A stretch of 21,436 nucleotides of DNA, taken from NCBI GenBank assembly GCA_024626585.2, contig JANKJI020000002.1, forward strand, positions 157,362,080 to 157,383,515, in the 5' to 3' direction. The translations under genes were made by a program, and so were the position numbers. Under the pieces are notes generated by a model. It did no database searches, had not been told where the DNA came from, and saw only the letters and a list, made by a program, of their open reading frames with translations. Shown piece after piece: positions 11,144 to 21,436 of this stretch (position 1 is its first letter; every line of letters starts with the position of its first letter). The stretch comes from Ginkgo biloba (Eukaryota; Plantae; Ginkgophyta).

Positions 11144-11833
11144 TAGTGCAATCCATTGCCACTATATCACATGACCTTATCGGTAGTAATTGTTGATGTA
11201 TTGTTGATAAGAAGTGGATGTTGGTAATATGTATATGTCCATTGTTATTTGAGTACATCGAGGTGGAGTTTTGAACTCGGGTATGGAAATTGCTAATATG
11301 TCCAATTTTCGGTCTGATGTAATATAGCCAATGTATCTGTGGATAGTGAGTAATTTAGCTGTTTCCCGTACCTGTGCAAATGTGGAAGAAGAGTTAAGCA
11401 GTGGGGATTCATGTTTACTGCTTCTCCGTTATTGTTTTAAAGGAATGAACTAATCCACTGTGGCCAGGTGTGAAAAGATATAGGGAATTTTGACAAACGG
11501 GGAATTTAAGTCGGGATTCCTACATAAATGTCTGATTTATCATCAGAAAACTCAGGAGCAGCGGCGAATCAATGACAGCACTCGTCACAGATTCTCCACC
11601 ATCGTTGCTTTATGAAAAGTCGGTGGCCAGAATTCTGTTTAGTCCATTACTATTGCAGCCTATAGTGACTCAAATGTGAGTTTCTGTTGCTTAAATTCTT
11701 GTTGCTCTGGTTATGGTTGTATTCCTCGAACTCGGGATATATGGAAGGACCTGCAGAGAGTCCAGTTTGGGGATTTAGGTGAGTGGGCGTGACTGGAACG
11801 AGAGAAGATCGAAGAAGAAGAAGATAAAAGTAC
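11144..11833 (-). other. 5' part of invertase intron 1 (truncated by 100-N gap)
   Basis: Starts with a GT donor followed by a pyrimidine-rich (TTC)n tract. No SWEKTMDC-type exon 2 is found before the gap at 11044-11143. Confidence 0.75.
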
Positions 11834-12298
11834 CTGCAGCTGAAGAGTGTGAAGAATGAAATTCCGTACGATGTCATACTCTCCTTTGAGCAAGCATGCA
11901 ATCCCAGAAGGTATAAAATCACGGATAAAAACTTGGTCGTAGTTGAGAATATTGGGATCAGTGGGATCGTTGGCGGCAATGGTTCCGATGGGGTTCCCAC
12001 AGTAATTGACGACGGATGCCCTCACAAGTTCCCATGCTTCCTTCTCGTAGTCTCTCTCGGTTTTGGTTTTGGTGGCCTCTGGCTCTACGTGTCCGATGCT
12101 CGTACTCGCAACCACAACGTTATTGGCATTCAATATTTCATGTCCATGTCCCCCCTGCTGACACTGCCATCTGGACTTGCTCCCTGGCCACTTCAACTGC
12201 TTCTCCCTATTTCTCCTCCGCAATATGCCCTCCATCGGAGGCACCTGCCACTGCCATTGCCGTTGCCAACCATTTCCTACCTGCACAACTGCCTCCAT
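11834..12298 (-). CDS. Alkaline/neutral invertase (GH100), plastid-type alpha group (INV-E-like); coding exon 1 only, 155 codons
   Basis: The translation contains EAWELVRASVVNYCGNPIGTIAANDPTDPNILNYDQVFIRDFIPSGIACLLKGEYDIVRNFILHTLQLQ, the conserved start of the A/N-invertase catalytic domain. DFIPSGIA and GEYDIVRNFIL fit the plastid subgroup rather than the mitochondrial one (DFVPSALA). Homology stops exactly at a phase-0 donor CAG|GTACTT (GT at 11833-11832) after LQLQ, the intron position I recall for this family. The ATG is in a gcaATGG context with an in-frame TGA two codons upstream (12304-12302). The remaining codons of the listed 195-aa ORF are intron read-through. Confidence 0.93.
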
Positions 12299-12600
12299 TG
12301 CTCAACCGCACACGTTCCTTCCTTCTTCTCCCTTTTTCTCCTCTCCACAATGAACAATTGTACTAGTGTATCCTAGCATCTATCTCCCTTCCGAATCTCC
12401 ACTATGTACTGATGTGACCTCCTTTTTGACCTTATTACCCAATTCAGTCTACCTCTCCAAAACATCCATAACTTTCTTCAAAAATACACAACGCAACGAG
12501 GATGACATGGGAATTGACAAATAGTACTATGTTCACATTACGATTGAACTTATCAATAGAACTTGTTTGCATTTAATGCATAGGTCTACAGTCAACCTTA
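12299..12600 (-). promoter_or_regulatory. Putative 5'UTR/proximal promoter of the invertase gene
   Basis: Position immediately upstream of the ATG, with a GA-rich leader on the sense strand (ggagaggagaaaaagggagaagaaggaagg). The TSS and TATA box were not identified. Confidence 0.4.
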
Positions 12601-15600
12601 TCGGAAGGTTTTCGTCGACATTTGGACAACATTGGTATGAGATGACAACAACGAGCATGTGCTCGGCGATGTGTTTGCTTTGTGTCCAAGCTCTAAGCTC
12701 TCAACTTTGTACCCAACACTTGTTAGGTTGCATTGTCATGGATAAATGGGCCAAAGGATAATAGACCTCTTCTCCTACTTCTAGCACTTAAAGATAATTT
12801 TCTTTTACTTGTCAAATGACAACAAAAATTGCTAAAAATGTCTATATGACCGTCAAATTCCATACTTGAAGTTATGAATAAAGTGACTGCTCATAGCCTT
12901 CGCACATGAGGTAGTAAAGCACTCATTTTTTGCAATGATTACACTTTTAGTGTCATGATAGAGCTCTTGCCGTATGACCCAATGTGTCTATAGTGTGTTA
13001 TGTATTGATCGAGAGGTTCATACAAAAAAATATCTCTCATGTAATCATTGATCTAGATTTATATTTTCATGGTCGAGATGACTCCACCTAGGCTCTATAG
13101 TAGTATATTATTAACTTTTGAAATCATAACTATGATCTTGTCTTGTTGGAATATTTATGTTAAAATTTAGTTAGAAAAAAATGATCTATATATACATATT
13201 TTTATCTAGTCTATAACAAAATGTATCTACAAATAAATTTTCCTTTTCTCCATAGCATTTTCATAATTCCTGACTCATGGAACGTAGAAGAAATACAAGT
13301 GACAAGAAAAAGACACATTATTTTTCTCTCTATTCCTAAGTACATTTTTTTTTAGCTGTTATCTTAGATTATTTTTTATAAACATCTTTTTTAATTTTAT
13401 CTTACTGTAGGTGAAAAAAAAAAGTATAATTTTATTCAATTTTCCGTATTCTTTTTTCACACATTTAGTTTTGTTCTTTATATTCAATTAGTTTAAAAAT
13501 TGCTTTACAAAATAATAACATGCAAGTTGAAAATCTTCCCTTCATGGATAGTACTTTGATACAGTTGTTTATGTGTTTTTTTGCATATAATTGGGAAAGA
13601 ATTTAATGGAAATAGATTTGNNNNNNNNNNNNNNNNNNNNNNNNNNNNNNNNNNNNNNNNNNNNNNNNNNNNNNNNNNNNNNNNNNNNNNNNNNNNNNNN
13701 NNNNNNNNNNNNNNNNNNNNCCCTAATAGCTCAAGAGTGATCTCTACAACTCACCTCTTTTCTTCAATATGGATCTCCCCTTAAGCTCTCGTAGACCTTA
13801 CTTGTAAAAATATCTGGTGTGCAAATCCATCTTAGAAACTTCGAATAGACCATTTGAGATCTATACACTTTAATATCCTAAATAAATATGAGAATGGGGT
13901 CCTAACTATGATCTATACAACCTAGAAGGTGTGAAGCATAAAACTTTCCTAGTCAAGAGGTACATAATTTATTACTTNNNNNNNNNNNNNNNNNNNNNNN
14001 NNNNNNNNNNNNNNNNNNNNNNNNNNNNNNNNNNNNNNNNNNTATCTTAGATGGGCCGAAGGGTGGCATGACTTGGTGCCACACGTGTCAACATCAAATT
14101 AATTTCAGGGATTTTATTTGTTTGAGGGTCACCCTTGACGTTTATGAGCTAAAAGTCCAAAATTCTAAATTCTAACTATAACCCTGTAAGATCGAGATGT
14201 GAGTCTTCAGTGAATTAGCCCTTAATATTCCTTTCAAGTTTGCAATAGTGGTTGACCANNNNNNNNNNNNNNNNNNNNNNNNNNNNNNNNNNNNNATAAA
14301 TAATATTTTTTGACCAAAATTCCCAAGATAGGGGTTACATGAAAAATGCAACAAGCACAGGAGACAAGCTTCTTCTATTATTATAAGGGACGGCTCTAAG
14401 ATATTTATAAAGTTACCAAAAGGGAAAAATTGAGTGTTATTTACACAGTTGTTTACACTATACACTAAAGTTGATTTCACTTGAAAATTAAACAAATACA
14501 CATGAAGTGAATAGGATGGTAAGGAAGAGACAAGAAAATCTGCTACCAATTTCTAGTAACAAAGAAAAGTTGTAATGGTGGTGAGTAAGGAAGAAAGAAA
14601 ATGAAATAAATACTTGTCCCTGAACACCCTCTTAAGGATACCTCTCAATGGTATCAAGGAATTCCTTCAAGTCTTCAATAATGGGCCAAACTTGCTTAGA
14701 AAATCAAAGAACCAATGATGATTGATCCCTCAACCAACAAGAATCAAAACAATCATCTCTAATATCTTCTAATAGTTCTCAAAATAAAATAAATATGAGT
14801 AAAATATTATATGGGTCATCCTAGTTGTAATTTACTCATAAAAATAAGTATCCTATGAATAATTTGAATGTGATGTCGATAATTATGAGATTATTATACC
14901 ATCTAATTTACCATGTTTAGGTGTGATCCCCGTGTTTTGTACTAAAAATCACACTTTCTACACATTAGATTATATGCCTATGTTGATGAATGTGGTTTCT
15001 CATTTGTTTATCCATTCTTATAGCTCTACCAGTTCATCACATTTAAATTGCATACTTTAAGGATGAATTTGGTATGTTATTCTTCCCCTTATTCATGTAG
15101 GGGATTATCAATTTCACTTTTATTTTATCCTATAGATCCTTCAACTAATTTAGCTTATGGTGTTATTTTGAGTTTAATTTGATNNNNNNNNNNNNNNNNN
15201 NNNNNNNNNNNNNNNNNNNNNNNNNNNNNNNNNNNNNNNNNNNNNNNNNNNNNNNNNNNNNNNNNNNNNNNNNNNNNNNNNNNATTGACCTTTTAAGTTT
15301 TCAGAGATAGAATGAATTTGTAAGATACCTCAACAAATATGAAAACTTTCCACAAAAAATATTGCAAACTTAGCCATGTTTTAAATATCCCTTATTTTAT
15401 TATTTTTTTTTTTGTTCTTTTCCATTAACTAATGTTGTAGAGACTCATTATTTCAAACAGATGCACTTATTATGGACAACTCTTCCCAAGATCCAAACTT
15501 TTTATCAAGGTTGACATGCACTTCACTTACAAATGTAATGCAATATAAAATACTCTCAATGCATGAGTGTGTAGAATCTTTAAGTACTTCTAATAAAATA

Positions 15601-17707
15601 TCTAATCAAAGTCATTTGGAATATCAAAATAAAAGGCCTATTACTAGTCTGCAAAATCATACAAAGAAGGATAATTGGGTAATTTTGGTAAAGCTATAAA
15701 AGATAAGGATAATTCTTGTACTCAATCTTCACATGTGGCATCATCTATTTTTGTGATGGCAGTCGGTTCCACCATTTTAAAGGTATGCCTTTGACTCTTT
15801 CCTATAACATGGGACTTGGGCCTTTATTTTCTTACATCTCGAATGAGATTTTGACATACTATGTAAGGATTTAACNNNNNNNNNNNNNNNNNNNNNNNNN
15901 NNNNNAAATGTATTTCATCCAGAATTGAAGGCCTCTTATTTATGTTTGCAACCACTATTTGTTTCCTTAATTTACAACCACTGGATAAAAATATTGTTTT
16001 GTGAATTTCCTAGTATAAAGAAACACATGGTTAACAATTTGGGCTATTATTTTATTACATTTATTTGGTTTATTATATCAGTAAGAGGTGCCATTCATAA
16101 TTCCACCTAACAGACCAAAATTATCATTCTATCAGTATGTNNNNNNNNNNNNNNNNNNNNNNNNNNNNNNNNNNNNNNNNNNNNNNNNNNNNNNNNAAAT
16201 CCATTTAACAAACAAAAGGGTGATAAAGGCACGATAGATGCATAAAGAATTAACATGGTTAGATGATCCAATATATCAAATTTGGTGAGGGCATCAAAGG
16301 AAGATACTAAAACATCTTTCTATTATTTTCTTCAACTATATATAAGCACCAATCTTAGCCATCTTTATCAATTCCTATCAATGCTAAGACATTATTTAAT
16401 GTAGTTAGATGCACTTGATGACATGTAAGAGGCCTAATATAGAATTAAAAGTTTTAACAAAGATTGTAATATAATGCCACATTTCATTGGTGTTTTTCTT
16501 GCCATGCTCTTCGGTGCAAATGTATTAAATTCATGTGCCTATTATTACTTGTAATTGTTTTTGTATTTTTTAAATAGTCATTCATTCATTAAAATCACAA
16601 ACAAACAAATAAAAAGTCAAATATTAAATATTATCTTAGACCAAATGTTAGAAAAGGCAACGTGGTAAAGAGTTGAAACCTCAATTTTAGTGTGCTTGGT
16701 AATTTCCCTAGGCATAACTAAGAGAAACACCGTCTAAATCTCAACACAAGAATCATGAAAAGTTCATTGTGAAGAACTATAATGCTACTCTAAATAAAAA
16801 TTGGTCTCCATCGACAACCTACGAAGCCCAAAGATAATATTGAAACACTGAGAGAAGTCCTAAATGTATTCAACCTTCATCAACATCAATTGCACATTGT
16901 TTCCACATCCCAAAATGCTGATCAATTATAATGTTTGATGTCTTAATGTTTTAGAAAGTAACATGTCCCAATTTTTTAGTGTACTAGTCACAACACGATT
17001 TATAAGATAATATAAATTCTTATTTTATTTTGTTGGCGACGTTGCTTCAGGCATATGATAGAATCTGAAAAAAAATAAGTTGCACTGAACAAAGGATCAT
17101 ATTCACTCCATACAAATTTGCACAATAGTATATGCTTTCAAAACAAAGAAGAGTCTACTTCATTATTTTTCTACGTTGAATACAAAAGAATAAATACTTC
17201 AAAATAAATTAAGTGAATACNNNNNNNNNNNNNNNNNNNNNNNNNNNNNNNNNNNNNNNNNNNNNNNNNNNNNNNNNNNNNNNNNNNNNNNNNNNNNNNN
17301 NNNNNNNNNNNNNNNNNNNNGGAAAATCTATACTTAATGGTAATATTATTAATGGATTAGGAGTCTAAACACATCCTCCATGATCCATCCTTCTTGGGTG
17401 TAAATACTATTAGCATGGCATATGGGATCAAACTCTCCTATATATTCTCTTTCTCCAATAACTTTTCCATTTCCAAAGTCCTTGTAAGCCTACCATGTCA
17501 TTGTTAAGACAACTATATAGAAAACAAATTTGGCAGAAATTAATGATAACCAGTAAACAAAGTCCCTTTTTTATCTTAAAACAAAGCTAAAGGCACCAAA
17601 AATTGAGAGGCAAACAAGGGCCAGAGTAGGAAATCTTTTTCGAAGTCTACAAAAGACAGCAGTAATGCTACAAGGAGTTGTAGCCACGTGTAGCAACATA
17701 CTTCTTA

Positions 17708-18085
17708 CAGGGAGGTCCCATGGAGTTGGCTTCCTGGTTTTTCTCAGCTGCTGCTGCTGAGGAAATTTAGAAGCATAAAACTGAATATGGTCCCATGCAA
17801 TTTCATCTGTACCAAAAATTGCCTCTGGCAGAAAACAAAAACAATGGAGGGAAAAGTAAAATGATGGAGGAAGCCAGCCACATGTTATTCCATCTTGCAA
17901 ATTGACCAGCGCTAAGTCCGGCCCCCCTTTTTTAGCAGCCGCTAGAAAACACCATGCTAAACAGCCAAAGCTCAGCTTTTTTTTGTGAACGAGAATCCTT
18001 TTTTCCTGGCATTGATGTTCAGATTTCATGGAAACCTCTGTTTCCTGATTAATTGTAACTTAGCGGCTTCCATGGGACCTCCCTG
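17708..18085. mobile_element. MITE-like non-autonomous DNA transposon, 378 bp, 17-bp perfect TIRs, TTA target-site duplication
   Basis: Left end tta|CAGGGAGGTCCCATGGA (17708-17724); right end TCCATGGGACCTCCCTG|tta (18069-18085). Flanking TTA is at 17705-17707 and 18086-18088. No transposase ORF. Confidence 0.8.
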
Positions 18086-18574
18086 TTACAAAAAGAGACT
18101 ACTACTTAATCTATTTCAATATTAACTCCTGATTTCATGCATGCTGAATATCAGCGATTTTATTCCAACAGCATATGTCGATATTGTGTGTGAGAAATAA
18201 TTGGCAAATTATTGCCACAGAAATATCTTTATCACATACAGGTGATGCCCACAGGTCTATCAACATACGCAAAGATGAATATGAAGATAAATATCAGGTG
18301 GTAGACAAACGAAATCCTCCCTTGACGGTCCACTTAAAATCGATTCCGTGCAAACCTGATTCATGGTCTTTTATATCATAGAGCACAGATATTTTAAATA
18401 AGCTTTAGTAATATCTGATAACATAAAATATAGCATTGTGATCTCCTATTAAAAAATATGTCCCTGTATTGCTTNNNNNNNNNNNNNNNNNNNNNNNNNN
18501 NNNNNNNNNNNNNNNNNNNNNNNNNNNNNNNNNNNNNNNNNNNNNNNNNNNNNNNNNNNNNNNNNNNNNNNNNN

Positions 18575-20200
18575 ATGGTGATAAAATAAATCTCTTATTG
18601 TCTTTGTCAATGGCATAGGTATTTCTTCTTCCATCATGTGCCACTCATTGATCAAACTACGACTCTCTACATAGTAACAAATGAAATGCATCCATTGCGA
18701 CAAATCACACCATATTCGGTCAGCATAATCTCCCATCTAGAATACCACTAAACATCTCTCCTTCATGATTATTTTGCCTCCTTTCTTCAACCATGAGATT
18801 TGATAGGGCTTCATGCTTCTGGTACTGCAACCCCAACTTCTTCACCATCTCCTCTGAAACCATATTCTCACTGCTCCCTCTGTCGATGATCACTTTATAG
18901 TACTTGCCTCTGAATAGACACTTTATTCTAAAAATCCTTTTACTCTATTTCAGGTCATTTGTCAATTTTCCATCTTCTTTAGTTGCTAATTGTCTCTTGT
19001 TGATTGTTAATGTTATACTCTTCTTGCTCTCTATCAATTTCCTTATGTTTGCAACCTTATTCTCTGATGTCATTGGTTGGTTCGTCAATCTACTCCCCAC
19101 TCTTTTATAAGATCCTGTTATTGATGACCCAAAATATTTTGTTGGACAATCTTGTTGGTCATACGACTTCCCTTCTCCTCTTGATATTAATGACATTTGG
19201 CTCACCATTAGGTTCTCATACTTCTCTGTTGGTGCATGCTCTGCCACTTATTCCTCCTTAGCCAAATTTACCTTTGGCTCTTCCTGCGATGTCCTATTAT
19301 TAACCCTTGTCTGGCATTCATATGATCGATGGCCCTCTATGCCACATCGATAATAAATTATTAACTTGCGTAGTACATATCCTCCTCTATTGGCTCCTCC
19401 TCTATGTCAAACAAACTCCTATTCCCCTCTTGTCTGATAAGTGGGTACTTCTCCACTTGGTCTCGTTGATGCACTAGTTGATATGCTTCTTCCATTGACT
19501 TCATTTAGTGCATTGATATTTCATCCTAGATAGAGAAATTTAGTCCATTGATATATCGAGTTATTTATCATTCCTCTCCTTCCTCCTATCTTCTTATGAT
19601 GGATAGTCTATAGAATTCATCAATGTATCCCTCGACACTCTTCTCCCTTTGTCATAGGTTTTAGAACTCCCAAAATAGTTGTTGTTCATGATCTAACAAC
19701 AATAACTTGCTCTTAAGCTTGGCCACCATCTTATTCCAAGTGTNNNNNNNNNNNNNNNNNNNNNNNNNNNNNNNNNNNNTACCCATTCACGTCCTTTCCT
19801 TCTGTAAGTGTTCCCACCAAAGAGTTGTGTGCCCTTTTAAACTTAGTGCAGACTTACCCCTCTTAGGGTCTTCCATTTCATCCTAATCAAAGTATTTCTC
19901 TAAATATCTTATCTAATCCAACAACTCCTCTAGTTTCAAACTCCCTCTGAAGCTCGAAACATCCATTCTCATCTCACTTCATTGGTTCCTTAGTACCTCC
20001 AAAAATAATATATCAAATTATTTTGGCCTATGAGGTGCTCATTGCCCAAACCCTTATAGTTATGATTTTGACTTTGACTTATTAATGACTCTTCTCATTC
20101 TCTAACTCTATAATTTTCTTCCTAAGTGCTTCCATCTCTTCAGTGTTAATGCTTTGGGTTATACTGCTTGTGTTTTCTCCTTCGCTTCTAACTACATCCT
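18575..20200 (-). mobile_element. Degenerate Ty3/gypsy (CRM-like) gag + aspartic protease, cut by gap before RT
   Basis: On the minus strand, with stops and frameshifts: capsid (SSFRGSLKLEELLD*I...LKGHTTLWWE...WNKMVAKLKSK...L*QREKSVEGYIDEFYRL), zinc knuckle YYRCGIEGHRSYEC (19355-19314), protease YKVIIDRGSSENMVSEEMVKKLGL (Asp at 18884-18882), then PYQISWLKKG, GDYADRIWCD and HDGRRNTY, all typical of the CRM gag-protease region. Confidence 0.9.
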
Positions 20201-20484
20201 CTACACTTTTCTTGTTCTCTATACAACTCCTTACACTTTTCTTGTACTCTATGAAACTTCTTTCGACATTCTTTCCTCCACCAATCGTCTCTTTTCGTAA
20301 TGCCTTCTTTCACTAGTTCACTCTTCTTATGTATGGACTCCTCTTCTGGTTGCACGAACCAGCTTCGACAACCCCAAGCCTTTCGGATCCACTTCACCAT
20401 GGATTTAACCTCTTCTTGGCCTACATTTAACAACTCCTTGTTACCTTCCACTAGTAACTATCCCTCTCATTGCTTAACAACTGT

Positions 20485-20496
20485 GCTCTAATATTA
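20485..20496 (-). other. Decayed tRNA-iMet primer-binding site of the gypsy element
   Basis: Minus strand taatattagagc vs canonical tggtatcagagc (9/12, all differences are transitions), 2 nt downstream of an LTR end ...ctccatca. Confidence 0.65.
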
Positions 20497-20498
20497 GA

Positions 20499-21069
20499 TG
20501 ATGGAGTATCATGACGTTATCCTACTAAAACCCAAGTGAGCGCTATGCCTATGAGCATAAAACTACCTTCACTAAATAAATCAGAATGAGAGAGAGATAT
20601 ATATTAAACCACATATAAGTGAACACATAATATAATACATGTGGAGAATAAAGGTCTTCTATTAGTAAAGGCCATAACGAGCATTATAGATATAATACAT
20701 ATGACTATACTATTGTAAACAATGTTGCTTAATGCACATTCTATAGGTTGTCTCATGTTCGACGGTCTACTTGTCATTAGATTCTCCTCTCTAATTTTCT
20801 TTCTCTCCTGAGTCGCCTTGCTCTTCTCTCTACACGACACTTTTTCTTTTACCTATGGCCATCTCTTTTTTCTCACTTTATACCTATTGTATTGTACACT
20901 TGCTTCACTACATTTACTTTAATACTAGTTAGATGGTAGGTTGGAGTTGCGTTAGGTGCTCCCCTAGACTTGTTATACATGTATTTTTTTTTGTATAATC
21001 CCATTGACATTTTTTGGTCATTCGTGGACATTAATAAAAAAAAAATTCTTTCTTTATTTCTTTTCTTCA
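20499..21069 (-). mobile_element. Putative 5' LTR of the CRM-like element (~570 bp)
   Basis: The 3' end CATCA at 20499 lies next to the PBS (CRM LTRs are typically TGAT...CATCA). The 5' end is tentatively TGAAG at 21069, where copia coding sequence begins. This outer boundary is uncertain. Confidence 0.5.
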
Positions 21070-21436
21070 TAAGAGGTAGCTCAAGCTAACATGACCAAAT
21101 CTAACCAAATTCTTAGGAAAGATGATTTGTGGCATAGATAGAGGCTTGCTTTGCACATGGACCTTAATGAAGGTTGTGACTTGGTGTTTTGTCAAGGATG
21201 TGTTTATGGAAAATAACATTGTGCACATGGTTTTTAAAGGATGGTGGCACATGGGCCACAAATTTGCTTAAGTTAGTTCACAGTGATAATTGTGGACCAA
21301 TGCAAACTACTTCTCATGGTGGTGTAAGGTGTTTCATTACTTTCATAGATGATCTATCATGCAAAACCTTTGTTTACTTTATGAAGAGAAAATAAGAGGC
21401 TCTTGAGAACTTCAAAAGTTTTAAAGCACTTGTAGA
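21070..21436 (+). mobile_element. Degenerate Ty1/copia GAG-pre-integrase + integrase (rve) N-terminal part
   Basis: DDLWHR*RL (LWHxRL motif), CQGCVYGK*H, then LKLVHSDNCGPMQTTSHGGVRCFITFIDDLSCKTFVYFMKRK*EALENFKSFKALV. These are canonical copia integrase motifs carrying stops, a frameshift and an internal deletion. Confidence 0.92.

Noticed and set aside
11144-11170. Minus-strand VAMDCT resembling invertase exon 2 (SWEKTMDC)
   Set aside because: The preceding residues (CDIVA) do not match SWEK and there is no suitable acceptor, so it is likely coincidence.
11849-12376. Plus-strand ORFs of 175 and 116 aa
   Set aside because: Antisense shadows of the invertase exon with no independent homology signal.
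14644-14660. tca-a-tggtatcaagg as LTR end plus PBS
   Set aside because: Only 8 contiguous bases match the iMet PBS and no gag-like sequence follows.
16295-16385. Minus-strand LIGIDKDG*DWCLYIVEENNRKMF*YLPL reminiscent of a Ulp1/C48 protease HWxL motif
   Set aside because: The catalytic His is absent, there are two stops and the match is too short to support without an HMM search.
17571-18029. 152-aa minus-strand ORF
   Set aside because: It spans the MITE boundary and has no recognisable domain, so it is probably a chance ORF.
17707-18086. Known miRNA precursor
   Set aside because: The arms match no conserved plant miRNA I recognise, the stem is only ~18 bp around a ~340-nt loop, and the flanking TTA duplication favours a MITE.
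18242-18297. Possible 56-nt exon (catacag|GTGATG...TATCAG|gtggta)
   Set aside because: Splice-like dinucleotides are present, but the polypyrimidine tract is weak and the peptide is unrecognised. It needs RNA-seq support.
1-21436. CRISPR arrays, tRNA/rRNA genes, prokaryotic operons or defence systems
   Set aside because: No regularly spaced repeat-spacer units, RNA-gene motifs or dense bacterial-style coding were seen. The content is plant nuclear DNA.

Overview
This is eukaryotic, AT-rich, transposon-dominated land-plant nuclear DNA, not prokaryotic; the species cannot be determined from the sequence. Nine ~100-N spacers split it into 1.1-4 kb segments, and content changes abruptly at several of them, so it is probably a set of short contigs whose adjacency is unreliable. 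There is one real host gene piece: coding exon 1 (155 codons, minus strand, 12298..11834) of a plastid-type alkaline/neutral invertase (GH100). Its downstream exons are not visible. The rest is mostly decayed retroelements: a Ty1/copia gag N-terminus, a Ty1/copia integrase, a CRM-like Ty3/gypsy LTR-PBS-gag-protease on the minus strand, an L1-type LINE ORF1 with a Gly-rich repeat N-terminus plus a second related fragment, and a triple zinc-knuckle fossil. An intact 378-bp MITE-like element with perfect 17-bp TIRs and a TTA target-site duplication is also present. I see no convincing new multi-gene system. The best leads are the CAG-terminated/TTA-TSD MITE, the atypical W/Q-rich invertase N-terminus, the hexapeptide-repeat LINE ORF1 and the triple CCHC fossil.
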